A DNA stretch of 62,382 bases, the filler included. It is 5 parts of 5 records of this genome, joined end to end, with 100 filler letters (N's around TTAATTAATTAA, not from the genome) between each part and the next. Parts side by side here need not be neighbours in the genome. Positions count along the whole stretch, not along the records: positions 32,611 to 57,279 come from SRR2962707_3074; positions 57,380 to 62,382 come from SRR2962707_3086; 3 more parts are not named here. The stretch is one strand, 5' to 3'. The notes beneath the pieces are model-generated. The model did not search any database and was not told the origin of the DNA. It saw only the letters and a list, made by a program, of their open reading frames with translations. Each line of letters opens with the position of its first letter. Within the stretch, counting starts at the first letter, position 1. Shown here one piece after another: positions 51,425 through 61,673 of this stretch. A program made the position numbers and the translations under genes.

Positions 51425-51727
51425 ATGGCAGCACCTGCAGAAGTCACATGGGTGAAGACCGATCCCGCTGGCGGAGAAATTTTGAAGATCGGAGGCATCC
51501 GCTGCGGTTTTTTCAGCAAGACGAATTGGGAATTGTCGGTGAAAGAGGCCATCGCGCTTATCGAGCAAGATGAGTGGCAATTTTTCGTTGACCTCGACGG
51601 TCGCAAAGGCTGGCTGGAGGTTTCTGAGCAACCTGACGGTAGCAAGACGTTCAACGCTAAAGGCCCCATCCAAACGCTGATGGAACCGCAGTGCGGTGAA
51701 AAATTGCAAGCGCCTGCTCAGCGATAA
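51425..51727 (+). CDS. Small hypothetical protein, possibly DUF3892-like
   Basis: GGGAG SD; I..IGG...W..S..EAI..IE....FFV...G pattern. Confidence 0.55.
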   Translation: MAAPAEVTWVKTDPAGGEILKIGGIRCGFFSKTNWELSVKEAIALIEQDEWQFFVDLDGRKGWLEVSEQPDGSKTFNAKGPIQTLMEPQCGEKLQAPAQR

Positions 51728-51843
51728 CGCGACCATCGCTGAGTGGGTATCGTTGACGGTTGTCGCCGGACTGCAGGCGGTGTCACCCTGGGCATGCCCT
51801 GACCATCACGAGCACGACAAAAATCGGCCGCGCCCCGAAAAGG

Positions 51844-52941
51844 TCAGGTGTTGAATAGAAAGTGCAGCACATCGCCGTCCTTGACCGTATAGGCCTTGCC
51901 TTCGGCCCGCATCTTGCCGGCGTCCTTGGCGGGCTGTTCGCCGCCCAACGTGACGAAATCGTCAAATGCGATGGTCTCTGCCCGGATAAAGCCACGTTCG
52001 AAATCGCCGTGGATCACACCGGCGGCCTGCGGCGCCGAGGTGCCGTGACGGATCGTCCAGGCGCGCGCCTCTTTCGGGCCGACGGTAAAATAGGTTTCCA
52101 GATGCAGTAGCTCGTATCCAGCGCGGATCAACCGGTCGAGGCCCGGCTCTTCGAGGCCCATCTCGCTCAGGAACATGTCGGCTTCGTCGGCATCAAGCTG
52201 AGAGATATCCTCCTCAATCTTGGCGGAAATCACAACGTGGGAATTGCCTTGATCGGCGGCCATCTTTGCCACGTTTTCCGAATGTTTGTTGCCGCTGGCT
52301 GCCTCTTCTTCGGACACGTTGCAAACGTAAAGCACGGGCTTTGTTGTCAGCAGCTGGAGCATGCGCCAGGCCTTGGCGTCTTCGGGATCGATTGTGACGG
52401 TGCGGGCGGGCTGGCCCTGTTCCAGTGCGGCAAGGGCGGCTTTCATCAGGCGCTCTTGCTGGATGGCTTCCTTGTCGCCGCCACGCACCTTGCGCGTGAT
52501 GTTCACAAGACGCTTTTCAATCGATTCGATGTCCGAAATCATCAACTCGGTCTCGATCGTTTCGGCATCGGCGACAGGATCCACGCGGCCATCTACGTGG
52601 ACAACATCTCCATCCTCAAAGCAGCGCAGCACATGGGCGATGGCGTCGACTTCGCGGATGTTAGCCAAAAACTGATTGCCCAGGCCCTCGCCCTTGGATG
52701 CGCCTTTGACAAGGCCGGCGATATCCACAAAGGTCATCCGAGTCGGGATTGTCTGTTTGGATTTTGCGATTTCCGCCAGTTTATCCAGGCGTGCATCGGG
52801 CACGGCCACATCACCGACATTGGGTTCGATGGTGCAGAACGGAAAGTTCGCAGCCTGCGCGGCTGCGGTTTTCGTCAGTGCATTGAACAGGGTCGACTTG
52901 CCCACATTGGGCAGACCCACGATTCCCATCTTAAAGCCCAT
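51844..52941 (-). CDS. ychF: Redox-regulated ATPase YchF
   Basis: GIVGLPNVGKSTLFN, FCTIEPN, DIAGLV.GAS.GEGLGN.FL. Confidence 0.97.
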   Translation of the reverse strand: MGFKMGIVGLPNVGKSTLFNALTKTAAAQAANFPFCTIEPNVGDVAVPDARLDKLAEIAKSKQTIPTRMTFVDIAGLVKGASKGEGLGNQFLANIREVDAIAHVLRCFEDGDVVHVDGRVDPVADAETIETELMISDIESIEKRLVNITRKVRGGDKEAIQQERLMKAALAALEQGQPARTVTIDPEDAKAWRMLQLLTTKPVLYVCNVSEEEAASGNKHSENVAKMAADQGNSHVVISAKIEEDISQLDADEADMFLSEMGLEEPGLDRLIRAGYELLHLETYFTVGPKEARAWTIRHGTSAPQAAGVIHGDFERGFIRAETIAFDDFVTLGGEQPAKDAGKMRAEGKAYTVKDGDVLHFLFNT

Positions 52942-53029
52942 GACGCGTTCCTTTTCACCGCTGCAACGCGCCGCTTCTAGTGGCAGCGGATAGGGGGCGC
53001 AAGCCTGTGCACCTGTCGCTGTGTTGTGT

Positions 53030-54193
53030 TTACTGCCAGCGGCCTTCGAAATCTTCAGGGATCAGCAGTATATCGCGGTCGAGCGTGGTGACATCGCGCC
53101 GACCACACATCGCCATAGACAGGTCCAACTCCTTGTGGATGACCTCAAGTGCGCGGGTGACACCCTGCTGCCCCATCGCACCAAGGCCATAGACATAGGC
53201 CCGTCCGATCCACGTCCCTTTGGCCCCCATGGCCAGCGCCTTGAGAACGTCCTGACCCGAGCGGATGCCGGAATCCAGATGAACCTCAATCTTGTCGCCC
53301 ACCGCATCAAGGATTGCGGGCAGGGCGCGGATCGAACTTAGCGCCCCGTCGAGCTGCCGACCACCATGGTTAGACACGACGATGGCATCCGCACCGACGT
53401 TGCAGGCCTCGAGCGCGTCGCGCTGGTCCATGATGCCCTTGATGATCAGCGGGCCGTCCCACATCTTGCGGAACTGGCGGATGCGGTCCCAGTCGAGAGA
53501 GGGGTCAAAAGCCTCGGCCGTCCAAGTGCTGAGCGACGAGGGATCGCTGACCCCCTTGGCGTGGCCGACGATATTGCCAAAGAACCGGCGCTTTGTCTGT
53601 AGCATGCCAAGCCCCCAACCGACCTTGGTCATCATGTTGGCGACGCTCGCCGGGGTCAACTTGGGCGGAGCCGAGAGGCCGTTCTTGATGTCCTTGTGGC
53701 GCTGGCCCAGCACCTGCAGATCGACAGTGATCACCGCCGCCGAACATTTTGCAGCCTTGGCACGGTCGAACAGCCGCTGCATGTAGTCGTCGTCTTTGAG
53801 CGTGTAGACCTGCATCCAGAAGGGTTTGGATGTGTTTTCGGCAACGTCTTCGATCGAGCAGATGGACATGGTCGAGAGGCAATAGGGCACGCCGAATTTT
53901 TCGGCGGCGCGGGCTGCCTTGATCTCTCCGTCGAAGTGCTGCATCCCGGTCAGCCCGACAGGCGCAAGCGCTACGGGCATCGCGACATCCTGCCCGATCA
54001 TGCGCGCAGCGGTCGTGCGGCCCGCCATATCCATGGCAACCCGCTGGCGCAGGTAGATCTGATCGAAATCGCTGGAATTCTCTCGAAAGGTTTGCTCAGA
54101 CCAGCTGCCGGATTCGGTGTAATCGTAGAACATCCGGGGCACCCTGCGCTGGTACAGGCGCTTGAGGTCGGCAATCTCGGTGATCACGGGCAT
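53030..54193 (-). CDS. lldD: FMN-dependent alpha-hydroxy-acid oxidase (L-lactate dehydrogenase-like)
   Basis: SNHGGRQLD, DSGIRSGQD. Confidence 0.88.
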   Translation of the reverse strand: MPVITEIADLKRLYQRRVPRMFYDYTESGSWSEQTFRENSSDFDQIYLRQRVAMDMAGRTTAARMIGQDVAMPVALAPVGLTGMQHFDGEIKAARAAEKFGVPYCLSTMSICSIEDVAENTSKPFWMQVYTLKDDDYMQRLFDRAKAAKCSAAVITVDLQVLGQRHKDIKNGLSAPPKLTPASVANMMTKVGWGLGMLQTKRRFFGNIVGHAKGVSDPSSLSTWTAEAFDPSLDWDRIRQFRKMWDGPLIIKGIMDQRDALEACNVGADAIVVSNHGGRQLDGALSSIRALPAILDAVGDKIEVHLDSGIRSGQDVLKALAMGAKGTWIGRAYVYGLGAMGQQGVTRALEVIHKELDLSMAMCGRRDVTTLDRDILLIPEDFEGRWQ

Positions 54194-54360
54194 GATGGGG
54201 CTATTCCTTCGAATTGGTCAGGAATCTGTACCAAAAAGCCGTGGTGTCGGCAATGGATAAGGCATGCAGCGCCACAAGCGTTGATCCTATTGGGCGCCTG
54301 CTGCGCACCGGATTAGGTCGCCCCCCACCTGCGGCAGGTGACTCCGCCCCTGGGCGCGCC

Positions 54361-54449
54361 CTGACGTATCACCCCGGCGGCGGAGACGGCTGCAGTGTAG
54401 GGTTATTTGTTTCGTGGTAAACGTCGTCGGGGCAGGCGATGTGCGTCAG
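54361..54449 (+). promoter_or_regulatory. Long structured leader upstream of rsgA
   Basis: CTGACGTA/TGCGTCAG and CCCCGGCGGCG/CGTCGTCGGGG nested helices. Confidence 0.5.
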
Positions 54450-54491
54450 GAAGGCTTGCATCTGGTCTGCGTCGCATTCATTCAGGATTTC

Positions 54492-55526
54492 ATGACACAA
54501 CACTCTTCAGATGCGCTGTTCCTTCTTGCCGATCTGGGCTGGTCGGAGGTTTTTGACACACAGGTCGATACCGACGAGGCAGACCTTTTGCGGCTGCGCG
54601 TATCGACAGTGCACAGGGCGCGAATAACGGCGATCGGCGTGGACGGTCCGGCGAAGCTGTCGCTGCCAGCGCAGGTCAATACCGGGGACTACGCCGTTGG
54701 CGACTGGATTCTGGCCGAACCGGCTACAGGCATGTTGGTACGACGGCTGGAGCGTATTTCTCTGCTTCAGCGGCGCACCGAAGGCGGACGCAGTCCGCAG
54801 TTGATCGCCGCAAATGTGGACACACTGTTTATCGTCACCTCGTGCAATGCCGATTTTAATCCGGCCCGGCTGGAACGTTATCTGGCCCTGTGCAATGAGG
54901 CGGGGTGTGCACCTGTCATCATCCTGACCAAGGCGGATCAGGTTGACAGTGTCGATGGGTTCAGGGCGCAGGCCGAAGAATTGCAGCGCGGACTGCCGGT
55001 GGTTGCGCTGAATGCCAAATCGCCCGAGGCTGCGGGCCCTCTTGCCCGCTGGTGCGGGGCAGGTCAGACCGTGGCGTTGGTCGGATCCTCTGGCGTGGGC
55101 AAGTCGACACTGCTGAACACGCTGGCGGCCACGGAGCCCGGCGCAGGTCAGGAAACCGGTGGCATCCGCGAGGGTGATTCCAAGGGGCGACACACCACCA
55201 CCGCGCGGTCGCTGCATGCGATCAAGGGCGGCGGGTGGGTCATCGACACGCCGGGGATGCGCACGTTGCACATGGGCGATGCAGCCGAAGGGTTGGACGC
55301 CGTATTTGCCGAAATTACCGAGCTTGCCCCCGCTTGCCGGTTCCGCGACTGCACCCATGCGCATGAGCCGGGCTGCGCCGTGCAGGCCGCCATTGCCAGC
55401 GGTGATCTGGACCCGGCGCGGCTTGACCGTTGGCGCAAGCTTTTGGGAGAGAACCGCGAGAATACGCCGGTTCAATCCGGGCCGCGCGGCAACAGGATCA
55501 CCCAGATGCCTGGCCGGAAGCGATGA
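54492..55526 (+). CDS. rsgA: Ribosome small subunit-dependent GTPase A
   Basis: Circularly permuted GTPase TKAD, GSSGVGKST, GRHTTT, DTPG; zinc motif CRFRDC.H..EPGC. Confidence 0.92.
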   Translation: MTQHSSDALFLLADLGWSEVFDTQVDTDEADLLRLRVSTVHRARITAIGVDGPAKLSLPAQVNTGDYAVGDWILAEPATGMLVRRLERISLLQRRTEGGRSPQLIAANVDTLFIVTSCNADFNPARLERYLALCNEAGCAPVIILTKADQVDSVDGFRAQAEELQRGLPVVALNAKSPEAAGPLARWCGAGQTVALVGSSGVGKSTLLNTLAATEPGAGQETGGIREGDSKGRHTTTARSLHAIKGGGWVIDTPGMRTLHMGDAAEGLDAVFAEITELAPACRFRDCTHAHEPGCAVQAAIASGDLDPARLDRWRKLLGENRENTPVQSGPRGNRITQMPGRKR

Positions 55527-55584
55527 TACCACGATAGGGAATTCTGTTTCACGCCGAAAATTCATAACCCGCAGGGGCCGGTAT

Positions 55585-56149
55585 GGTGGTCACAGCGATT
55601 GCAGTTGCGAGCAGGCGGCGTTTGGGGCGGGCGCATGGATGGTCGCGCATCTGTTCAACGCCATGAGCCAGCTTGGCAATCGTGCCCCCGGTCTGGTGGG
55701 GCGGCGCACTGACGGGCAAGGGCATCTGTGCCGGGGCGATTGCGGATCTGGTCCACGTAGGCGGCCCCGCGTTGCAAATTGCGCTGGCGGCGGATTCCGG
55801 GCCTGAGGTGTTGTTTATGGTCAGTGATGCGTGGCGCCCGCGGGCAGCGATCTGGCCGCTTTTACGCTGACCGGGCAAGCTGTCAGTCGTGCGGATGGCA
55901 CGTTGCGGCTGACTGACGGCATACTTTCTGGGGCCGATCTGTACTTGCCGCGTGCGGTCCGCGATCTGGTTGGACTGCGCGTCCCTGTAGATCAGGCGTT
56001 GGCAACGTGTCGTCCCGCGCGCGGCGGGGCTGGGCACAGCCAGTTCTTTGCAGCCCGTGGACACCGCGGATTTTGTACACCTGAGCGATGAGCCGGAGGT
56101 GCAGGCGGTCTGGCAGGCAGGCAAGTCGGTAGCGCTTACACCACGCTAG
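55585..56149 (+). pseudogene. nagA: N-acetylglucosamine-6-phosphate deacetylase fragment (C-terminal half, frameshifted)
   Basis: HLFNAMSQLGNRAPGLVG / IADLVHV, LFMVSDA / GTLRLTDG.L.GADL / ADFVHL in shifting frames; no N-terminal half. Confidence 0.8.
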
Positions 56150-56191
56150 GGGCGTGTCGGCAAAGCTGCGACCGAACTATCCCCGGCCCTG

Positions 56192-56620
56192 TCAGGTCTT
56201 GCGGCGTAGGCGGATCACCACATCGACGCTGGCGATTTCGGCACCATCAGGCGCAAGCGGAAGGCGGGCAATTTCAAGCTGGTCCGAGGGCGCGTCGGTC
56301 AGGGTGCCGTCATCCTCCCAATAGAAATGTGGATGGTCGTGGGTGTTGGTGTCAAAATAGCTCTTAGAGCCGTCTACGGTCACTTCTTGCATCAGTCCGG
56401 CATCGCAGAACGCCTTGAGCGTGTTGTAGACGGTGGCAAGCGACACCCGCGCGCCGTGATCTTGGGCGGCATCAAACAGGCTTTCGGCGGTTACGTGCCG
56501 GTTCTGGCCATCACCGACCAATAGCGCGGCAAGGGTCAGCCGCTGTCGCGTCGGACGCAGGTTGGCGCGGGCCAGCCAATCGGTTCCACGAGTTGCCGCG
56601 TCGGGTGTCATTCGGTCCAT
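56192..56620 (-). CDS. irr: Fur-family iron response regulator Irr
   Basis: [38 protein letters not shown]; divergent from fabA. Confidence 0.9.
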   Translation of the reverse strand: MDRMTPDAATRGTDWLARANLRPTRQRLTLAALLVGDGQNRHVTAESLFDAAQDHGARVSLATVYNTLKAFCDAGLMQEVTVDGSKSYFDTNTHDHPHFYWEDDGTLTDAPSDQLEIARLPLAPDGAEIASVDVVIRLRRKT

Positions 56621-56787
56621 GTCCTTTGATCTTCCTGACCAAGTATAGAGCGTCCGAGCACCAGATTTCAAACGAAATTGCCTACACACGCCTTGCGGTA
56701 GGCTGTGCACCTCAGGCTTGCGCCCCGCGCGACCCCGATGCTAGAGGGAGCAGACGAGCACGACAAATAGATGAGGCGCACCGCTAT

Positions 56788-57279
56788 ATGGCTGAGTACC
56801 CGAGCCAGTTTGACAAGGACGATCTGCTGAAATGTGCGCGGGGCGAATTGTTCGGCCCCGGCAATGCGCAGTTGCCTGCACCACCCATGCTGATGATGGA
56901 CCGGATCACCGAAATTTCGGGGGACGGCGGCCAGCAAGGCAAGGGGCATGTCGTGGCCGAATTCGACATCACCCCGGATCTGTGGTTCTTTGAATGTCAT
57001 TTCCCTGGTAACCCGATTATGCCGGGTTGCCTTGGCCTGGATGGGCTGTGGCAATTGACCGGCTTCAACCTGGGTTGGCGTGGCTGGCTGGGGCGGGGCT
57101 ATGCCTTGGGCGTGGGCGAGGTCAAGTTGACCGGAATGGTGCGGCCCGAGCGTAAGATGCTGACCTACAAGATCGATTTCACGAAGGCGATTCAGACCCG
57201 CCGTCTGACGATGGGTGTGGCCGACGGTATCGTCGAGGCCGACGGCGAAGTCATCTATCAGGTCAAGGACATGAAGGTC
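56788..57279 (+). CDS. fabA: 3-hydroxydecanoyl-ACP dehydratase/isomerase, truncated
   Basis: [28 protein letters not shown]. Confidence 0.96.
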
Positions 57280-57379
57280 NNNNNNNNNNNNNNNNNNNNN
57301 NNNNNNNNNNNNNNNNNNNNNNNTTAATTAATTAANNNNNNNNNNNNNNNNNNNNNNNNNNNNNNNNNNNNNNNNNNNN
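57280..57379. other. Artificial contig junction
   Basis: N-run with TTAATTAATTAA (57324-57335). Confidence 0.98.
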
Positions 57380-58766
57380 CCACTTCTACTGTCTGAATTA
57401 TAATCAACAGATCAAGAAGTAAACTCTGGTTCTTGATGTAGTAGAGGTCGTAGCGCAGCTTTTCCCGGGTGTCCTCTTCGTTATCCGCATAGGCGAAACA
57501 CAATTGGGCCCAACCGGTCAGCCCGGGCTTTACCCGGTGCCTTTCTGCATAAAACGGAATCTTTTCAGACAGCTGCTCAACGAACACCGGCCGTTCTGGC
57601 CTCGGCCCGACAAAGGCCATGGTGCCATTCAGTACATTAAAGATCTGTGGCAGTTCATCAATCCGCACCTTACGGATAAATTCGCCAACGCGTGTTACCC
57701 GGGTATCGTTCTTCCGGGCCCAGACCGCGCCGTTCTTTTCCGCGTCGGTAATCATGGACCGAAACTTGTGCACCTTAAACACCTGGTTGTTCAGGCCTAC
57801 CCGTTCCTGGCTGTAAATCACCGGAGCTTTCAGACCGTCTTCCAGTTTGATGGCGATGGCGGTGAGAATCATGATCGGGAACGTCGCCAGCAGGAGCGTA
57901 CCGGAAGCCAGAACGTCCAGCGCCCGCTTGCCAACGCCATACACCGAAGAAACCGTGAATCCGTCAGAGAACACCAGCCAGCCGCGGGTGATCATCTCCA
58001 GAGCCACCTTACGGGATTCACGCTCGTAGAAGTTAGCACCGTCGATAATGTGCACACCTTCCATTTTGCATTCCAGAAGGTCTTCCATCGGCAAGCCCCG
58101 ACGGCGGTCGTCCACCGCAACCACAATCTCCCTCACCGGGTGTCGAAGGACGTAGTCATGCAAGGAGGTTGGAAGATTAATGAGATACTGCTCATCCACT
58201 TCCACCGTGTCATCCGGCATGGGAACGAAGCCGTCCAGTGAAAAACCTTTGCGGTTGAAGGGAGTGGTCAGGTCCTCGAACATCTGTTTTGCCCGACGGC
58301 CGGCACCCAGCACCAGAACCCGGCGCTTGAAGCGGTCCTTGCCGACCACAGCAAAGAACACCACTCTGGCAATGCCCAGCGAAAATATCGCCAGCACAGT
58401 CGCCGATGTCAGTAACCCGAAGCTGCCCAGATACCAGAGCCAGTCATCAGCCACGAAATAGGCAAAGCCGTGCAGCGGTATGGCGAGAATCATGGCCATG
58501 ATGGTGCGTAGCATCATGCCGGACATGCCTTCTTCCACGCGGGACTGGTGCACGCCCAGGGCGATCATGACGATCAGATTGAACAACGCAAAGATCGTGA
58601 TGGAAGGGAGGACAAAAACAAGATTATCGAGGAAGAATTCGAGCTCGCCGAAGAAGCGGAAAAACACCGCCAGTGCGAACGCAAGGCCCATGACGATCAG
58701 ATCGATCAGGCCGAGAATAACAAAAGGTAAGTGTATATAGTGTCTGAACAACCTGACGTGGGCCAC
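57380..58766 (-). CDS. PEP-CTERM/XrtA-system-associated priming sugar transferase (TIGR03013-like), 3' truncated
   Basis: RLFRHY N-terminus, TM helices, KFRSM, RIDELPQ, GPRPERP, KPGLTGWAQ, YDLYYIKN. Confidence 0.88.
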
Positions 58767-58909
58767 GTCGACTCCTTGTGCGGTTCACACTGCCTGTACT
58801 GCAAGCATCCTTTGCTACACACTGTAACAAACCGTTACGGGATTGTACGGCAATTCATTGAAACTGCAATGTGGGCCACTCGCCCATTTCGTTCAATTTT
58901 ACAAATATT

Positions 58910-60388
58910 TTATAGTTGCGACACAAACTCGTGCACCGGCATCACCTCAAGCCGCCCCAGACTAGCACAACTGTCCATAATGGCGTCGCATTGTTGGGCA
59001 GGAAAGCGTGTCTGAAGGTTGGCCCGGAATTTCTCCACCAGCAGCGGCATACCTTCCTTGCGCCGGCGTCGGTGCCCTATCGGGTATTCCACTGCAATCT
59101 TGTCGGTACTGGAGCCATCCTTGAAGAAAACCTGTATCGCATTGGCGATTGATCGTTTATCGGCCTCGAGGTATTCGCGGGTATATCGTTCATCCTCGAT
59201 GACCTGCATTTTTTCTCTCAGGCGGTCGATTTCTGGATGGGCCTGGTGAAAGCTGTCTTCGTAATGCTCTGCCGTCAGGTTGCCAAAGATCAGTGGCACC
59301 GCCGTCATGTACTGCAGGCAGTGATCCCGGTCTGCCGGATTGGCGAGTTTGCCCTGCTTGGAAATAATGCGAATAGCCGACTCGTGGGTGGTAATCTCTA
59401 TGCGATCAATGTCTTCCAGCCGGCCCTTCACTTGTGGGTGCAGTGTTACTGCGGCCTCGGCGGCGGTCTGGGCATGAAACTCTGCCGGGAACGAGATCTT
59501 GAACAGGATGTTTTCCATCACGTAGGAACCGAAAGGCTGTGGTAATGCGAAGCTACGTGATGATTCAGGTTTCAGGGCCTGATCTCGATTGGTCTTGCTG
59601 AAGAGGACGTCGTAGAAGCCCCATTGTGGCGCCGTCAGCACCCCGGGAATGCCCATCTCCCCTCGCATGGCAATATCTGCCAGGCGAACACCCCGGGAGG
59701 TGGCATCGCCTGCCGCCCAGGATTTACGGGAACCGGCGTTGGGCGCGTGGCGATAGGTGCGCAGGGCCTGACCATCGACCCAGGCATGAGACAGCGCGGA
59801 GAGCATCTGTTCCCGGTTGGCGCCCATCAGTTTGGCACTGACGGCGGTCGACGCCACCTTCACCAACACAACATGATCCAGCCCGACCCGGTTAAACGAG
59901 TTCTCAAGGGCAAGTACACCCTGAATTTCATGGGCCAGAATCATGGCCTCAAGAACGGCCTTCATGGCCAGTGGCGCCTGGCCATTGGCAACGCGCTTCT
60001 GCGAGAGGTGATCGGCAACTGCAAGAATGGCGCCGAGATTATCGGAGGGGTGGCCCCATTCGGCCGCCAGCCAGGTATCGTTGTAATCCAGCCAGCGGAC
60101 GATACAGCCAATGTCCCAGGCGGCTTTCACCGGGTCCAGGCGGTATGGAGTGCCAGGCACCCGGGCGCCGTGGGGAACGATCGTGCCTTCCACCAGCGGG
60201 CCCAGGTGTTTGGTGCATTCCGGAAAACGCAACGCCAGCAAGCCGCAGCCCAGGGTGTCCATCAGGCAATAACGGGCCGTTTCCCAGGCTTCTTCGCTTT
60301 CTATGCGGTAATCAAGGGCATAGTCGGCGATTTGTTGCAGTACGTCGTCGTAGTCCGGGCGTTCGTTGAGATCGTAAGTGGCAGACAT
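58910..60388 (-). CDS. prpD: 2-methylcitrate dehydratase
   Basis: [32 protein letters not shown]. Confidence 0.96.
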   Translation of the reverse strand: MSATYDLNERPDYDDVLQQIADYALDYRIESEEAWETARYCLMDTLGCGLLALRFPECTKHLGPLVEGTIVPHGARVPGTPYRLDPVKAAWDIGCIVRWLDYNDTWLAAEWGHPSDNLGAILAVADHLSQKRVANGQAPLAMKAVLEAMILAHEIQGVLALENSFNRVGLDHVVLVKVASTAVSAKLMGANREQMLSALSHAWVDGQALRTYRHAPNAGSRKSWAAGDATSRGVRLADIAMRGEMGIPGVLTAPQWGFYDVLFSKTNRDQALKPESSRSFALPQPFGSYVMENILFKISFPAEFHAQTAAEAAVTLHPQVKGRLEDIDRIEITTHESAIRIISKQGKLANPADRDHCLQYMTAVPLIFGNLTAEHYEDSFHQAHPEIDRLREKMQVIEDERYTREYLEADKRSIANAIQVFFKDGSSTDKIAVEYPIGHRRRRKEGMPLLVEKFRANLQTRFPAQQCDAIMDSCASLGRLEVMPVHEFVSQL

Positions 60389-60421
60389 ATTACGGCCCTC
60401 CTGTCCCAACTATAGGAGCCA

Positions 60422-61600
60422 TCAGAAGCTGTCGCCAGGTACCCTCACCCAACCTTCCATGATAATCCGCGCACTGCGGCTCATGATCGCCTTGGTGGCA
60501 GTCCACTGACCATTTACTTCCTTCGCTTCCGCCCCCACCCGAAGGGTTCCGGACGGATGACCGAAAGTCACATGGGTACGGTCTCCGCCGCCAGCGGCCA
60601 GATTAACCAGCGTGCCGGGAATTGCAGAGGCCGTTGCAATAGCCACCGCCGCCGTACCCATCATGGCGTGGTGCAGCTTGCCCATGGACAGCGCCCGAAC
60701 CAGCACATCAATATCGGCGGCATTGATCTGTTTACCGCTGGAAGACACGTAATCCGAAGGTTTGGCCACAAACGCCACTTTCGGAGTGTGCTGGCGACTG
60801 GCAGCTCCCGCGATATCCGAGATCAGTCCCATTTTCACCGCGCCATGGGCGCGAATGGTTTCGAACATGGCCAGCGCCTTGGGGTCGCTGTTGATGTCAT
60901 TCTGCAGCTCGGTGCCCTTGTAGCCAATGTCTTCGGCATTGATGAAAATGGTCGGGATACCGGCATTGATCATGGTGGCATTCAGGGTGCCGACACCCGG
61001 CACTTCCAGCTCATCCACCAGATTACCCGTGGGGAACATGGCCCCTTCGCCATCGGCCGGGTCCATAAACTCGATCTGCACTTCCGCCGCCGGGAAGGTT
61101 ACTCCATCCAGTTCAAAATCACCGGTCTCCTGCACTTCACCGTTGGTGATGGGCACGTGGGCCACGATGGTTTTGCGGATGTTGGCCTGCCAGATACGAA
61201 CGGTACAGATGCCGTTTTCGGGAATACGCTCTTTGGCGACAAAGCCGCCGTTAATGGCGAATGCGCCTACGGCGGCGGTGAGATTGCCGCAGTTACCACT
61301 CCAGTCAACAAAGGGTTTGTCGATGGAGACCTGACCGAACAGATAATCGACGTCGTGATCCGGTTGCGTGGGCGCTGCCAGGATTACCGATTTACTGGTG
61401 CTGGAGGTGGCATTACCCAGGCCATCGATCTGCTTTTCGTAGGGATCGGGGCTACCAATTACGCGCAGCAAAAGCTTGTCTCGCGCTTCACCGGGTACCT
61501 GGCAGACTTCGGGCAGATCTTGCAGGCGGAAGAAGACGCCTTTACTGGTACCGCCACGCATGTAGGTGGCAGGAATACGAACTTGGGGAGCAAAACTCAT
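60422..61600 (-). CDS. prpF: 2-methylaconitate cis-trans isomerase
   Basis: MRGGTSKG, DWSGNCGN, SMGKLHHAM. Confidence 0.96.
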   Translation of the reverse strand: MSFAPQVRIPATYMRGGTSKGVFFRLQDLPEVCQVPGEARDKLLLRVIGSPDPYEKQIDGLGNATSSTSKSVILAAPTQPDHDVDYLFGQVSIDKPFVDWSGNCGNLTAAVGAFAINGGFVAKERIPENGICTVRIWQANIRKTIVAHVPITNGEVQETGDFELDGVTFPAAEVQIEFMDPADGEGAMFPTGNLVDELEVPGVGTLNATMINAGIPTIFINAEDIGYKGTELQNDINSDPKALAMFETIRAHGAVKMGLISDIAGAASRQHTPKVAFVAKPSDYVSSSGKQINAADIDVLVRALSMGKLHHAMMGTAAVAIATASAIPGTLVNLAAGGGDRTHVTFGHPSGTLRVGAEAKEVNGQWTATKAIMSRSARIIMEGWVRVPGDSF

Positions 61601-61627
61601 TGAGCGAGCCTCACTTGAATGAATGTT

Positions 61628-61659
61628 TCAGGCGGGAGCCGGGAACAGCTCCCGCCTGA
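61628..61659. other. Intergenic 12-bp hairpin between acnD and prpF
   Basis: TCAGGCGGGAGC-N8-GCTCCCGCCTGA. Confidence 0.6.
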
Positions 61660-61673
61660 CCTTGCCATGGCGA

